From an uncultured Chlamydiae bacterium (GTDB taxonomy: Bacteria > Chlamydiota > Chlamydiia > Chlamydiales > Parachlamydiaceae): DNA of 64,000 bases. The notes beneath the pieces are model-generated. The model ran no database searches. It had not been told where the DNA came from and saw only the letters and a list, made by a program, of their open reading frames with translations. The position numbers and the translations under genes are program-made. Location: NCBI GenBank assembly GCA_963754655.1, contig CAVWGN010000001.1:544001-608000 (forward strand), written 5' to 3'. Each line of letters opens with the position of its first letter. Within the stretch, counting starts at the first letter, position 1. Shown in pieces: positions 38,756 through 49,497 of the stretch.

Positions 38756-39640
38756 TTAATTTTTAATCTCTCCGGCTTTTTGTTCCTGTTCTTTAATCAA
38801 AGAGCGTTTGCCGTTGCGAAATAAGATTAAACTGAAGACATAGATCATGCCAGCAATCAAGGCAATAGTGGCTCCTGTGGGCCAATCTAAATAATAAGCT
38901 GTGATATTGCCGCAAAAACAAAATAAACTGCTGATCAAAATGGCCAAAACGATCATGCTTGAGAGGCGTGTTGTCAACAGGTTAGCGATGGCAGCTGGAA
39001 TAGTCAACATCGTCATGACTAAGACAATGCCGACAACTTGAATTAATAAGACGATAGAGACGGCGATTAAAATTAACAGAAGCAAATAAAGGGAATGGAC
39101 GGGTATCCCTTGTAAACGCGCTTGCTCCTCATCAAAGCAAATGGCGAGAAATCGCTTATGTAAGCAGAGAATTAAGACAATGATTCCAATATCTAGTCCA
39201 CCCAAAATATACAAATCAGTTTTGGAAACCCACAAGATATTTCCAATTAAAAAATTCGTTAATTCAACATTAAAACCGGGGGTTTGTGAAATAAACAAAA
39301 TACCGACTGCCATGCCAATGGACCAAATAGCTGCAATAGCGGAGTCCTCTCTTTGTCTATAGTTAAGATGAATCCAACCAATCATAAGAGCAGATAAAAT
39401 GGCTGCTGCCAAAGCGCCTAATAGGGGATCAGCCCACGTGACTCCTTTGGCTCGTTCGAGCCAAATACAGAACCCAATTCCGCTAAGGACAGCATGCGAA
39501 ATACTCCCGCTAATAAAGACAATGCGCTTGACTACGACATAAGATCCAATAATTCCACTGACAATGGAGGCAGCCAATCCAGCTAAGAAGGCTGCTAGCA
39601 AGAGAGGATTAGTACTAAGAGCTTCCAAAAAAGAGGGCAT
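38756..39640 (-). CDS. Zn/Mn ABC transporter permease
   Basis: GSISHAVLSG, FDEEQARLQG. Confidence 0.92.
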   Translation of the reverse strand: MPSFLEALSTNPLLLAAFLAGLAASIVSGIIGSYVVVKRIVFISGSISHAVLSGIGFCIWLERAKGVTWADPLLGALAAAILSALMIGWIHLNYRQREDSAIAAIWSIGMAVGILFISQTPGFNVELTNFLIGNILWVSKTDLYILGGLDIGIIVLILCLHKRFLAICFDEEQARLQGIPVHSLYLLLLILIAVSIVLLIQVVGIVLVMTMLTIPAAIANLLTTRLSSMIVLAILISSLFCFCGNITAYYLDWPTGATIALIAGMIYVFSLILFRNGKRSLIKEQEQKAGEIKN

Positions 39641-39658
39641 AACACCTTAAGATAATAT

Positions 39659-40441
39659 TTAAGATAAGAGAGGAAGTGAGGAAGAAGACTGCATGAGAGG
39701 CATATGGTAAAGGCCAAAAGCAAAATGTTTGCAAACTTCTTCAGGCTTAAGGGACATCACACCGCCCTGCACGCAAAGAACGCGTTCGACTTGATGAATA
39801 GCCACACTTAAATCATGCGTGACCATGAGAATGGTCATCTGCCCTTTAATCTGATTGAGTAGAGCATAAATATCTGCTTCTGCTTGACTATCCACGCTAG
39901 CCGTTGGTTCATCTAATAACAAAAGTTTAGGTTTTGAGACAAGCGCACGGGCAATCAAAACACGTTGGGCTTGTCCGCCAGAAAGAGTACCAAAAGGACG
40001 ATTAGCTAAATGGGATAGGCGAGTCTTCTCGAGCGCTTCTCGAGCTGTTTGGCGATCTGCTGCGCGAAATCGACCATACCAAGGGAGACGGAAGATCAAG
40101 CCCGAAAGGACAACTTCTTCGACTGAAATAGGAAAGTCGCGATCAAATCGAACAGATTGGGGGACATAAGCTAACCGATTGGGAGATGTAAAATGAGAGC
40201 TTGCCTCTTGACCAAGAACGTAGACTTTTCCTTTAGAAGGTTTTAAAAATCCCAAAAGGAGCTTAAGTAGAGTTGTTTTTCCCCCTCCATTGGGACCCAT
40301 CATTCCAATAAATTCACCGGGATACACTTGAAAGGAAACATCTTTGAGGACGGGTGTATGTGTATAGGAAAAAGTGACTTGATCAAGCGTGATGAGAGGG
40401 GGAGAGGGGATGCTTTTATTGTTCGACGAAAGCATGAGCAA
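39659..40441 (-). CDS. Zn/Mn ABC transporter ATP-binding protein
   Basis: GPNGGGKTT, LSGGQ, LLLDEP. Confidence 0.94.
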   Translation of the reverse strand: MLMLSSNNKSIPSPPLITLDQVTFSYTHTPVLKDVSFQVYPGEFIGMMGPNGGGKTTLLKLLLGFLKPSKGKVYVLGQEASSHFTSPNRLAYVPQSVRFDRDFPISVEEVVLSGLIFRLPWYGRFRAADRQTAREALEKTRLSHLANRPFGTLSGGQAQRVLIARALVSKPKLLLLDEPTASVDSQAEADIYALLNQIKGQMTILMVTHDLSVAIHQVERVLCVQGGVMSLKPEEVCKHFAFGLYHMPLMQSSSSLPLLS

Positions 40442-41282
40442 TCTCCAACATGCTTGATAGGTAGTGCTCGGAATAGGGATCTAAGGTGATGAGATGAGCG
40501 CCTAAAGTATCAGCAACCAGTTTAGCAGCTTTGTTGTTATATTGCATTTGAATGAAAATGGCACGGATATTCAGTTGACGCGACAAGTTGAGCAGTTTCG
40601 TCATTTGTTGAGGAGTTGGATCTTTGCCTTCTACTTCAATTGCATATTGTTTAAGTGTATAGTCGCGGCAAAAATAAGCGTAGGCAGGATGGGAAACAAG
40701 AATATTGCGATTCTGAAGAGGAGTTAAAATTTTCTGAATTTTTTCATCCAAATCTTTGAGTTCCTGTTGAAAGGCCTGAAGATTATTTTGATAAAAATTT
40801 GCATAGCCAGGATAAGCTTTACTCAAAGCATTTGCGATCGTTTGCGCTTGAATTTGTGCTTGACGAGCACTTAGCCAAAAATGAAGGTCGACCGATCCAG
40901 GACAGCAGCTGCAATGACCATGCTCTGTAGAAATTAAATCTAATCCTTCTCGTAAATCAACAATTTCAAGACTAGGATGGTGGCTGGTCAAAGCTTGAAT
41001 AGCTCGATTTTCAAAGGGTTCACCTATGCGAAACCATATATCTGCTTTGCTGGCCGTTAACATTTGCCTTGGAGTTGGCTCATACGTGTGCGCACTGGCT
41101 CCTGTTGGAACCATTAAATAGACTTCAACCGTGTCCTTGGCTATCTTTTCTACAAAAAATTTATGAGGAGCTACGCTGACTAAGACAAAAGGAACATCCG
41201 CATAAATTGTTGCTAAAAAAAAGTTTTGATAAATACAAGCAAAAACAAAAAGCCAGAGCGGCCTTAAGAAAGCTGGGTTCAT
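40416..41282 (-). CDS. Zn ABC transporter substrate-binding protein (ZnuA-like)
   Basis: SAHTYEP, DLHFWLS, SHPAY. Confidence 0.92.
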   Translation of the reverse strand: MNPAFLRPLWLFVFACIYQNFFLATIYADVPFVLVSVAPHKFFVEKIAKDTVEVYLMVPTGASAHTYEPTPRQMLTASKADIWFRIGEPFENRAIQALTSHHPSLEIVDLREGLDLISTEHGHCSCCPGSVDLHFWLSARQAQIQAQTIANALSKAYPGYANFYQNNLQAFQQELKDLDEKIQKILTPLQNRNILVSHPAYAYFCRDYTLKQYAIEVEGKDPTPQQMTKLLNLSRQLNIRAIFIQMQYNNKAAKLVADTLGAHLITLDPYSEHYLSSMLEIAHAFVEQ

Positions 41283-41521
41283 AGTAGACCTAAATAGACA
41301 GAGTTGAGATAATGACTACTATGCCTTTCAAAGAGCTTTTTTGCAAGGACTTCTAAATCAATCATTCTATATGGATTTTCTTTAGAAGCGAAGGTGTCAT
41401 CAATATGAGGAAGTCTATGTTTCCAATCGCAATTTGTTTCAAATAAAAGAGTATTGCTGGCTTGAGTAATAATGTTATTCCATTTATAATAAAAGAGTAA
41501 GAAATATTTTTTAGGTTTATT

Positions 41522-41803
41522 ATGACTGGTCAATTTAAAAATAGTACTCATCGTTTTAAAATTCAATATCGTGGATCCCTATTCTGGTTAATCTTCTGGT
41601 TGATCTTTTTCTTTCCGGTTGCTTTTGTACTGCTGTTGACAGATATCTCTTTTGAAGTTAATCAAACGGTTTATGATCTTCAATATAATGGATCTCGTTT
41701 TTGGCTTGGATTCTGGGTTGTGGTTTTCTTTCCTATCGCCTTTTTATTGCTTTTTTTGAATGGTTTATCAGTGAAAATTGAAAAACCACAAGAGTGGAGA
41801 TAA
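41522..41803 (+). CDS. Small membrane protein with an internal duplicated motif
   Basis: QY.GS.FWL.FW...FFP.AF occurs twice. Confidence 0.7.
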   Translation: MTGQFKNSTHRFKIQYRGSLFWLIFWLIFFFPVAFVLLLTDISFEVNQTVYDLQYNGSRFWLGFWVVVFFPIAFLLLFLNGLSVKIEKPQEWR

Positions 41804-41834
41804 AGAAGGACTAACATTTGGTTAAGCCCAACTG

Positions 41835-42818
41835 TCAGTTTTTGAGCTCTTCTTTTCTTTCTATATTTTGAAGTTTAAGGTTGCATTGAATCAAAGTAGA
41901 AGCTAGGAGATCTCGAATGTCTGTTTTCAAAGCAGCGTGTGCTTCGGGATTTCGACTTACAAGAGAGGACAGGGATTGATAGTGATTGAAAGCTTCTTTG
42001 GACTCAGCTTTAAATAGTCTGACAATCCCCTGAAGGGTTTCGTCATCCCATCTGCTTTTGACTTGCTCTGCCATATAAGCATCAATGGTCTTAGCCACTT
42101 TCATTAATTTTAGTTGATACAAGGGAAAGTATTTGACTTCTTCTTGAGCCAATTTTTCAGTGAATTCTTTTGCTTGTCTATCATCTTTTACTTTGGTTGC
42201 TTCTTCTAAAAAAGCGATGTCATTTTCTAAAATGCGAATCACAAGATCTGTTTCTGGAGTATGTGCTTGGATTTTGAATGTCTTAGCAATGGCTTGTTCT
42301 TCTGGTTTTTGATTTTCGCTTTGAGTAATGATAAACTCTAGATTCTGTTGATATTTATAACCGTTTAAAATGGCTTCAATACCGCATTTGCAGACATTTA
42401 AGATGGTTTTATAGGTATCATCTTGATAATTAAACCATCGAAGAAGTTTAACCAGATGCGGACGAATGTATCCGAGTTCTCCCCGTCCCTCTCCCGACCA
42501 TTTACGAGCCAAACTTTGAGAGAAAAAGCCGGGTTCAGCAATATGAAGACTACAATCTTCCTTAAAACTAATTTTAATGCTTTGGAGAGGAGGAATAGGG
42601 ATTCCCATTTGAGCTGCTCGGATCGCCTCTTCTTTATGCTGTTTGACCATTTTTAAATAAAGCAAGTGAATGATTCCCAATTTCACCGCTAAATAAAGGG
42701 GATCGCATTTGAGTTCTTCTTGTTCTTTAAAATACTTCATAACTGTTTCTTGAGGACTTAAGGGCGAAGAAGAAGATCCCCACAGGCAGGAATTGATCGA
42801 ATCCTTGACGGCATTCAT
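41835..42818 (-). CDS. Hypothetical protein
   Basis: Long ORF; start probably MNAVK because the upstream part abuts the hsp20 terminator. Confidence 0.7.
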   Translation of the reverse strand: MNAVKDSINSCLWGSSSSPLSPQETVMKYFKEQEELKCDPLYLAVKLGIIHLLYLKMVKQHKEEAIRAAQMGIPIPPLQSIKISFKEDCSLHIAEPGFFSQSLARKWSGEGRGELGYIRPHLVKLLRWFNYQDDTYKTILNVCKCGIEAILNGYKYQQNLEFIITQSENQKPEEQAIAKTFKIQAHTPETDLVIRILENDIAFLEEATKVKDDRQAKEFTEKLAQEEVKYFPLYQLKLMKVAKTIDAYMAEQVKSRWDDETLQGIVRLFKAESKEAFNHYQSLSSLVSRNPEAHAALKTDIRDLLASTLIQCNLKLQNIERKEELKN

Positions 42819-42852
42819 ATAATTGACTCGTTTAATATAAAGATTGAGAGGC

Positions 42853-42889
42853 AAAGAAGAGGGTCTTTGGAATAGTTAATCCAAAGACC
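42853..42889 (-). terminator. Intrinsic terminator after hsp20
   Basis: GGTCTTTGGA...TCCAAAGACC then CTCTTCTTT on the minus strand. Confidence 0.6.
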
Positions 42890-42904
42890 ATACACTCACA
42901 TCAG

Positions 42905-43429
42905 TTATTTGTCGTTATTTTTAGCTTGTGTATTTCTATTTTTAGTTTGTGCTTGCGATCCATTTGTTTGATTTTGTGTTTGCTTTTCAGAGGTGATGTT
43001 AATTTTGCGCACTTGGCTTTGACGAGCTTTTGTAAAGGTTATTTTAAGAACTCCATTTTGAAAATCTGCTTGCTCTGAATTTTCTTCAACTTGAGTTGGA
43101 AGCTCAACTTGATAGAAAAAAGAATTGCGTGCCCGGCGATAATATTTCTTGTCTTTGTCTTCCTCTTCTTCTTGCTTTTCGCCTTTGATCCATAAAGTAT
43201 TTTGATTAAGCGAAACATCAATGTCATTAGATTTAAGTCCAGGTAAGTATGCCTCTATATAGACATTTTGATCATCTTCTGACACTGTTACACCCGTATT
43301 GCCTTCTCCCCCCATCCATTGGCCCACTCGATCTTCCATCTCTTCCCATAAACTAGGTAAAAAAGATGGAAAGCGAAAAAAAGAACGAGGAACAAGACCT
43401 CGGCCAGAATGACGTTGTTCATCAGCCAT
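42905..43429 (-). CDS. Small heat-shock protein (Hsp20/alpha-crystallin)
   Basis: LPGL...DIDV, IKGEK, A.F.NGVL.I, I-x-I motif. Confidence 0.92.
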   Translation of the reverse strand: MADEQRHSGRGLVPRSFFRFPSFLPSLWEEMEDRVGQWMGGEGNTGVTVSEDDQNVYIEAYLPGLKSNDIDVSLNQNTLWIKGEKQEEEEDKDKKYYRRARNSFFYQVELPTQVEENSEQADFQNGVLKITFTKARQSQVRKINITSEKQTQNQTNGSQAQTKNRNTQAKNNDK

Positions 43430-43764
43430 ATTAACCTCCTAATACGTGGTATTTTAGAATTCGCAACTTTAAGCAAATTGTATTAAAATTTAATTTCAAT
43501 TTGCCTCTCGATCTTAATCTTATATTTACTACTCTATCCTAGGGGACCGTTTTAAATGTCTTAGGCGTTAAGTTAAGCCCATGTAAATGAATATTAGATG
43601 CCATTAGCTTGTAGCACAAAAGAGACTTAAGTTTATAAACATTATTCGTTAGTATAATAGAAAGGTATTTTAAAATAGTCAATGAATCAAAGATTGTTTT
43701 TTATGTTGCTTATAATTAGTTATTTTCAGTCAAATAGATATGAAAAACTTAATTTTGATTAGGA

Positions 43765-44820
43765 ATGGAAAATATGCAAACTCAAGATCCCTCACGTTCT
43801 GGCGCTTCTCAACCTTCTCCTGAGGTTGCACAAAAAATTAAAGAACTTATTGCTTTGACAGGAGCAGATCCGCAGTCGTCAGAGGCAGATTTAATTGGAC
43901 AAATCATTTATACAGGATTAAGAATGGCGAATGAAGATTTTGACATGGGCCAGCTCAAGCTGATGACTCGCTCTTTCAAAGAAATGCGCTATGCTTATCA
44001 TGTTTTTAATGAACACCGACTGGGGCGCTGTATCAGTATATTTGGTTCAGCACGTACGTTGGAATCGCATCCCGACTATCAAGCGGCTAAGACATTTAGT
44101 GCTGCCATTGCTGCAAAAGGATGGGTTTGCATGACAGGAGCTGCAGATGGAATTATGCGTGCGGGTTTAGAAGGAGCGTCGAAGGACGCAAGCTTTGGCC
44201 TTTCCATTCGCCTTCCCTTTGAAAACGCCAATCATACACTTTTAGCTGGCGATCCCAAGCTCATCAACTTTCGCTATTTCTTTACGCGCAAGCTGATGTT
44301 TTTGAGCCATTCTGATGCCATCGCAGCTTTTCCAGGGGGAGTGGGAACGCAAGACGAGCTTTTCGAGGCTTTGACTTTGATGCAAACGGGGAGATCAAAT
44401 ATTATTCCTCTTGTCTTAATAGAAGGAAACCATTCAAATTATTGGGAAGCTTGGGAACATTATATTCAAAATAACTTATTGGCAAATGGCTTTATCAGTG
44501 CAGAAGATCAATATCTTTATTATCGCGCCCCTGGAGTGCCAGAAGCCGTGAATCATATTTTAAACTTTTATCGACGTTACCATTCCAGCCGCTATGTAAA
44601 AGACATTTTAGTCATTCGTTTATTAACCCCTTTAACCGCTAGCCAAATCGCTTTTCTCAACGAAGAATTTAAGCCTTTAATCAAGCAAGGAAGCATTTAT
44701 GCAACATCTGCCTTGCCAGAAGAAACCGATCACCTCAACTTGCCTCGTATTGCCTTTGAGCATAACCATAAATTTTTTGGATTGTTGCGAGCCATGATTG
44801 ATCGCATCAATGCGTTATAA
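43765..44820 (+). CDS. LOG-family protein (nucleotide phosphoribohydrolase-like)
   Basis: SIFGSAR, FRYFFTRK, PGGVGTQDE. Confidence 0.9.
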   Translation: MENMQTQDPSRSGASQPSPEVAQKIKELIALTGADPQSSEADLIGQIIYTGLRMANEDFDMGQLKLMTRSFKEMRYAYHVFNEHRLGRCISIFGSARTLESHPDYQAAKTFSAAIAAKGWVCMTGAADGIMRAGLEGASKDASFGLSIRLPFENANHTLLAGDPKLINFRYFFTRKLMFLSHSDAIAAFPGGVGTQDELFEALTLMQTGRSNIIPLVLIEGNHSNYWEAWEHYIQNNLLANGFISAEDQYLYYRAPGVPEAVNHILNFYRRYHSSRYVKDILVIRLLTPLTASQIAFLNEEFKPLIKQGSIYATSALPEETDHLNLPRIAFEHNHKFFGLLRAMIDRINAL

Positions 44821-44827
44821 TTCAATT

Positions 44828-45604
44828 TCAGGATCTACGGCTAATCTGTACTGAGACTAAGCGATGATCTGATCCATAGGGTAATTCATGATGAATACCT
44901 TCTTGAAAATCCAATCCAAGTCTCTGATTAACAGCTTTAAAGAAAATCCAATCGATTTGTCGGTGGCGATTCACTTCACTTTCTTGACTTGGAAAGACAT
45001 TCGTTTCAAAGCTTTCATTTTTTAAAATCTTAAAGCGTTCACCATCCTGTTTCTCATTGAGATCACATCCTAAGGCCACAGCATCTACCGCATAATCTTG
45101 TTGAAGATGCTTGGAAGTGAGAGAGTGAATCATTTCCTTCAACTGCTGATTGCCTACATTTAAATTTGTGGGATTGCCATCAATATGGGCTGAAGAGCAT
45201 CTCATGATATGCTGCGTCTTGACGTCTTCGACATCAATATAAAGGTCACGTCGCGGTGTTGTACTTCTGTCTGTCTTGCTGCATGTTTTGATCGCTTTAA
45301 GTTTAAATCGACTCTTGAGATAAAAGATAGCGACCCCATCTAATTTCTCAGCGCCCTGCTGTCCATCATGCTTAGTGTGAAATCCCTCATAAAGATACCC
45401 TATTCTTCCTTTTAGATCTTTAAAATGATCTTGAGAAATTTCCTGCAAGCATACGATATCGCCCGCACCGTTTAAAATATTAGTGGCAATGATTGACGCA
45501 CGAGAATTCCAATCTTTTCCCTTATTAGGTAAAAAATCAAAATCATTTTGATGGTAAGGATGTAAGACATTATAAGTAGATACTATTAAAGTTGGGTTAG
45601 CCAT
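44828..45604 (-). CDS. Endonuclease/exonuclease/phosphatase (EEP) family protein
   Basis: TYNVL, DIVCLQE, CDLN, IDWIF, GSDH. Confidence 0.88.
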   Translation of the reverse strand: MANPTLIVSTYNVLHPYHQNDFDFLPNKGKDWNSRASIIATNILNGAGDIVCLQEISQDHFKDLKGRIGYLYEGFHTKHDGQQGAEKLDGVAIFYLKSRFKLKAIKTCSKTDRSTTPRRDLYIDVEDVKTQHIMRCSSAHIDGNPTNLNVGNQQLKEMIHSLTSKHLQQDYAVDAVALGCDLNEKQDGERFKILKNESFETNVFPSQESEVNRHRQIDWIFFKAVNQRLGLDFQEGIHHELPYGSDHRLVSVQISRRS

Positions 45605-45766
45605 AATATTTTATTACCTTATTATTTTAATTTTTATTTCATTAAATATATTGTTATATTTATTTTATTAATATATATTAGTATAGGTGATAATTGTATA
45701 AAATTCAAATAATATTAAATATTAAATTTAATATTAATGTTATAAAATTTTGTTGTTTATCCATTC

Positions 45767-46882
45767 TCAGAAAGAATTTAAAGTTTTGCCTAGGTGATAA
45801 TAGGAAGAACCAGGTTGTTGAATTACCCCTCCGCCTAAGCAAATGGGGCCATCATAGAAGACGATTGATTGGCCCGGCGTGACAGCTCGTTGCGGCTGAG
45901 GAAATGTTACCAAAGCTTTATCTTTTTCAATTTTTTGAATGAGACAGGGTTGATCAGTTTGGCGATAACGTATTTTGGAGTGGCAAACATGAGGTAAAGC
46001 AGGAGGATTTCCTGTTACCCAACTGAGTTGTACGGCCTCAAGTTCATCACAATATAGAGCAGGATGATCTGCCCCTTGTTCGACAAATACAACTCCTCGA
46101 TTCATGTCTTTGCCTACGACAAACCAAGCCTCGCCCGCTCCTCCAATTCCCAATCCCTTGCGCTGTCCCAAAGTATAATAGGCCGCTCCTTGATGTCTTC
46201 CCACCACTTTTCCTTGTAAAGTTTCAAAGTTGCCTGGCTGCATGGCGACATATTGGCTTAAGAATGTGCGAAAATGACGCTCACCAATAAAACAAATCCC
46301 CGTACTATCTTTTTTTTCTGATGTTGCGAGATTGTGAAGACGCGCCAGCTTGCGGACCTCGCTCTTGTCTAATCCACCAACTGGAAATAAAACTTTTTGT
46401 AAAATCGAATGATTAAGAGTATATAAAAAGTAAGTTTGATCTTTTTGCCCATCGATTCCCTTCACTAAGCAAGGCTTCCCATTCATTTGTTGATTTTGGC
46501 AATAGTGCCCCGTGGCCAAGTAGTCAGCACCCAATTCTAAAGCTTTATCAAGAAAGAGCTTGAATTTGATTTCACGATTACACAAAATATCGGGATTAGG
46601 GGTCAAACCTTGTTTAAAATCTTCAATAAATTGTTCAAAAACTTGAGTGCGATACGCTTCAACGAAGTTCACAGCATAGTAAGGAATATCAATTTGCTCG
46701 CAGACCCGTTGGACATCTTGATAATCATAAGCAGACGAGCACACCCCATTTTCATCTTGCTCTTCCCAATTTTTCATAAAAAGTCCAATGACGCGATAGC
46801 CTTGCTGCTTGAGCAATAATGCTGAAACAGAAGAGTCGACACCACCCGACATGCCTACAACAACTGTTTGCTGAAAATGCAT
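45767..46882 (-). CDS. mnmA: tRNA 2-thiouridylase
   Basis: GMSGGVDSS, TPNPDILCN, ATGHY, KDSTGICF. Confidence 0.98.
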   Translation of the reverse strand: MHFQQTVVVGMSGGVDSSVSALLLKQQGYRVIGLFMKNWEEQDENGVCSSAYDYQDVQRVCEQIDIPYYAVNFVEAYRTQVFEQFIEDFKQGLTPNPDILCNREIKFKLFLDKALELGADYLATGHYCQNQQMNGKPCLVKGIDGQKDQTYFLYTLNHSILQKVLFPVGGLDKSEVRKLARLHNLATSEKKDSTGICFIGERHFRTFLSQYVAMQPGNFETLQGKVVGRHQGAAYYTLGQRKGLGIGGAGEAWFVVGKDMNRGVVFVEQGADHPALYCDELEAVQLSWVTGNPPALPHVCHSKIRYRQTDQPCLIQKIEKDKALVTFPQPQRAVTPGQSIVFYDGPICLGGGVIQQPGSSYYHLGKTLNSF

Positions 46883-47334
46883 AAAAACTTCCTATTCAAA
46901 AAGAATTAAACACACTATTTTAACATTTTATTTAAAAAAATCAATGTTTAAATAACTAAACAACAAATTATTAAGCTTAAATACGGATGACTTCCAAAGC
47001 CTTTTTAAGGATAAAAATTTCCTCTTTTCAAATTTTTGTAGACTCTTAATTCCATTCTTTATATGTTCAGCAATCTAAGAATTTAGATTAAATTATCTTA
47101 TTGATATTGTTTGATTTGTGAATTTTTGAGCTAAAAGAGATAGAGCGCTACATTCCTTCATCTTAGAGCTCAATTTGGTTATAAAAAAATATAGAAGTAT
47201 ATTGAGATAAGCTATTGCTAATTTATCAAGTCGATAAAATAAATGATTTTTATTTAAATTATTTATCAACAAATATTGAAAGTACATAAACTCTTGCTTG
47301 TAGTTAAAGCTAATTTAACAAGAAGGTTGGACAA

Positions 47335-47802
47335 ATGAAATGTCCATTCTGTCAACATGAAGGGCTAAAAGTCACAGATTCTCGCGATGCGATAGAGATG
47401 AATGCGATTAAAAGGCGAAGAGAATGTCTGCAATGCTTGAGACGATTTACAACTTTTGAAACGGTAGAATTAGTTGTACAGGTTAAAAAGCGAAATGGAA
47501 CATATGAGGATTTTCAAAAGCAAAAATTAATGAATGGCATTGCAGCGGCTTGTCGTCATACACAAATTAGTTATGATCAAGTCATTGCTTTGGCTTCTCA
47601 AATTACAAATGAATTAATGAATGCGCAAATTCAAGAAATCAGCACAACTCAATTGGGTGAAATAGTCATGCAAAATTTGCAAGCTTTAGACCCAATTGCT
47701 TATATTCGTTTTGCTTGTGTCTATCGAAGATTTAAAGATTTGAGAGAATTAGAAGAGGCTATTAAAACTATTCAAAGTAAAGATGAGGCAAATTCTTGCT
47801 AA
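47335..47802 (+). CDS. nrdR: Transcriptional repressor NrdR
   Basis: MKCPFC, RRRECLQC, ATP cone, AYIRFA. Confidence 0.97.
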   Translation: MKCPFCQHEGLKVTDSRDAIEMNAIKRRRECLQCLRRFTTFETVELVVQVKKRNGTYEDFQKQKLMNGIAAACRHTQISYDQVIALASQITNELMNAQIQEISTTQLGEIVMQNLQALDPIAYIRFACVYRRFKDLRELEEAIKTIQSKDEANSC

Positions 47803-47846
47803 ATCATTTGGTAAAGCAAGAGTTGCAATCAGATAAGGAGGCGAAA

Positions 47847-48212
47847 ATGGCGTTAAAAAAAGCGGAAATTGCGAAATTCAAGAAGCGTTTGGAAGACATG
47901 CAACGACAATTGACTCATTCCCTTAAAGGATCAACAGCAGAAGTCAAAACACCTGATGAAGCGACAGGGTATTCTCAACACCAAGCTGATCAGGGAACAG
48001 ATGACTTTGACCGCACAATCAGTTTAGAAGTGACGAGCAAAGAATATGGCATATTAAGACAGATTGAGCGTGCTTTGGAAAAGATGGAAGAAAATACCTA
48101 TGGCATTTGTGATATCACAGGCGAGGAAATTCCTTTAGCCCGTTTAGATGCGGTTCCTTATGCAACCATGACTGTCAAAGCACAGGAAAAATTTGAAAAA
48201 GGATTGCTTTAA
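47847..48212 (+). CDS. dksA: DksA/TraR-family protein
   Basis: AAGGAGG SD; HQADQGTD, YGIC..TGEEIP..RL.A.P. Confidence 0.9.
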   Translation: MALKKAEIAKFKKRLEDMQRQLTHSLKGSTAEVKTPDEATGYSQHQADQGTDDFDRTISLEVTSKEYGILRQIERALEKMEENTYGICDITGEEIPLARLDAVPYATMTVKAQEKFEKGLL

Positions 48213-48230
48213 GAGCGCTTGAGGGATGAT

Positions 48231-48761
48231 ATGAGTGAAAATAGTTCGACAATGGCTGCTAGAGCCAAAGTTTCCAACTCTTTGCTCTGGATTGGTCTGT
48301 TCGTGCTTTTTTTTGATCAACTCACTAAGGCACTGGTATATTATTATTTGCCGGTCATTGATTCTTCGCTGTATTGGTATCCTTATGGGGGAATAGGCGT
48401 TTTTCAGAATTTTGCCGGAATTGAATTTTCCATCAATCATATGACCAACACAGGAGCTGCTTGGGGACTTTTAGGGAACTATCAGTTACCCCTAATCATT
48501 TTAAGAATCGCATTAATTTCGGGGCTGTGCATTTATCTTTTTTATTTCAACCGCCATTCTTCCTGGCAGCTGCCCTTGATGCTCATTATTGCTGGCGCCT
48601 TGGGCAATGTGCTTGATTTCTTCATTTATGGGCATGTCGTTGATATGTTGCATTTTGTATTATGGGGATATGATTTTCCAGTCTTCAATCTTGCAGATAG
48701 TGCGATTTCAATTGGCATTGCCTCTCTTTTTTTTCTTTCTTATTTTGAATCTAAATCATGA
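48231..48761 (+). CDS. lspA: Lipoprotein signal peptidase
   Basis: DQLTK, NTGAAWG, GALGN..D, FNLAD. Confidence 0.95.
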   Translation: MSENSSTMAARAKVSNSLLWIGLFVLFFDQLTKALVYYYLPVIDSSLYWYPYGGIGVFQNFAGIEFSINHMTNTGAAWGLLGNYQLPLIILRIALISGLCIYLFYFNRHSSWQLPLMLIIAGALGNVLDFFIYGHVVDMLHFVLWGYDFPVFNLADSAISIGIASLFFLSYFESKS

Positions 48762-49453
48762 CTTTTTCTATTCCTTTGCGATCGACAATAGGCTCTTCTT
48801 TGCAGGCTTCTAAATGGCAAAAATCTTCTGTGCTTATTGATGTCGATGAAATGCGAGGACTCTTAACGGCTTTGGGGCAATTCTGGATTGTTCAAATTAG
48901 CGGAGTCATGTCGATTGGCCAAGAGATCATTGCTCAAGGGGTTTTTTTAGAGGTTTATCATCACTATTTAGCTGCTCTTAAAAAGGGAGAAAATCCCGAA
49001 GACTCGCGTGTGCGTCCTTATTTTTCAGCCGTGCTGACGACTTTTCTTGAAGCTTTATATGCCGTTCAAATCAATGAAGGGAGCTGTTTAGTGAAGGTGC
49101 AGCAGCCTGTGCTTCAATTGCAAGCGCATCGCTTTGATTATTCCACTGCAGATGGAACCTTTCGCTCGATGGTGATGGGGGTGAATAGCATTCCCTGGGG
49201 TATTCAATTTTCTTATCCGCATCTCTACCAAGATGACAATTTGCAGGTGTTAACAGTAAGAGAAGGGCCTCAGTTTCCCAATACTGCTTTGTTTAAAAGA
49301 TTGCAGCAATGGGTGCGTGCCAATACCATTGTCACGCCATTTGAAGTGGAAGGAAAGAAAGTCAATGTCCCCATTCGATTGGGAAAACAATGTTTAAGTT
49401 GGATCAATACGCTTCCTCAGCTGCAAGCTAAGGGTTTGCGCGTTGCCATTTAG
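48758..49453 (+). CDS. Hypothetical protein, coupled to lspA
   Basis: 231-aa ORF with ATGA overlap. Confidence 0.75.
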   Translation: MTFSIPLRSTIGSSLQASKWQKSSVLIDVDEMRGLLTALGQFWIVQISGVMSIGQEIIAQGVFLEVYHHYLAALKKGENPEDSRVRPYFSAVLTTFLEALYAVQINEGSCLVKVQQPVLQLQAHRFDYSTADGTFRSMVMGVNSIPWGIQFSYPHLYQDDNLQVLTVREGPQFPNTALFKRLQQWVRANTIVTPFEVEGKKVNVPIRLGKQCLSWINTLPQLQAKGLRVAI

Positions 49454-49497
49454 AAGTTACAAAAATAATAGGAGAACAAAATGTTGTGTTGTAATGA

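Noticed and set aside
41279..41566. 95-aa ORF upstream of the ZnuA-like gene
   Set aside because: Overlaps the start of a divergent gene, AT-rich, no motif; a shorter real ORF cannot be excluded
43430..43764. CIRCE operator upstream of hsp20
   Set aside because: No TTAGCACTC-N9-GAGTGCTAA match; only a TAGCAC fragment
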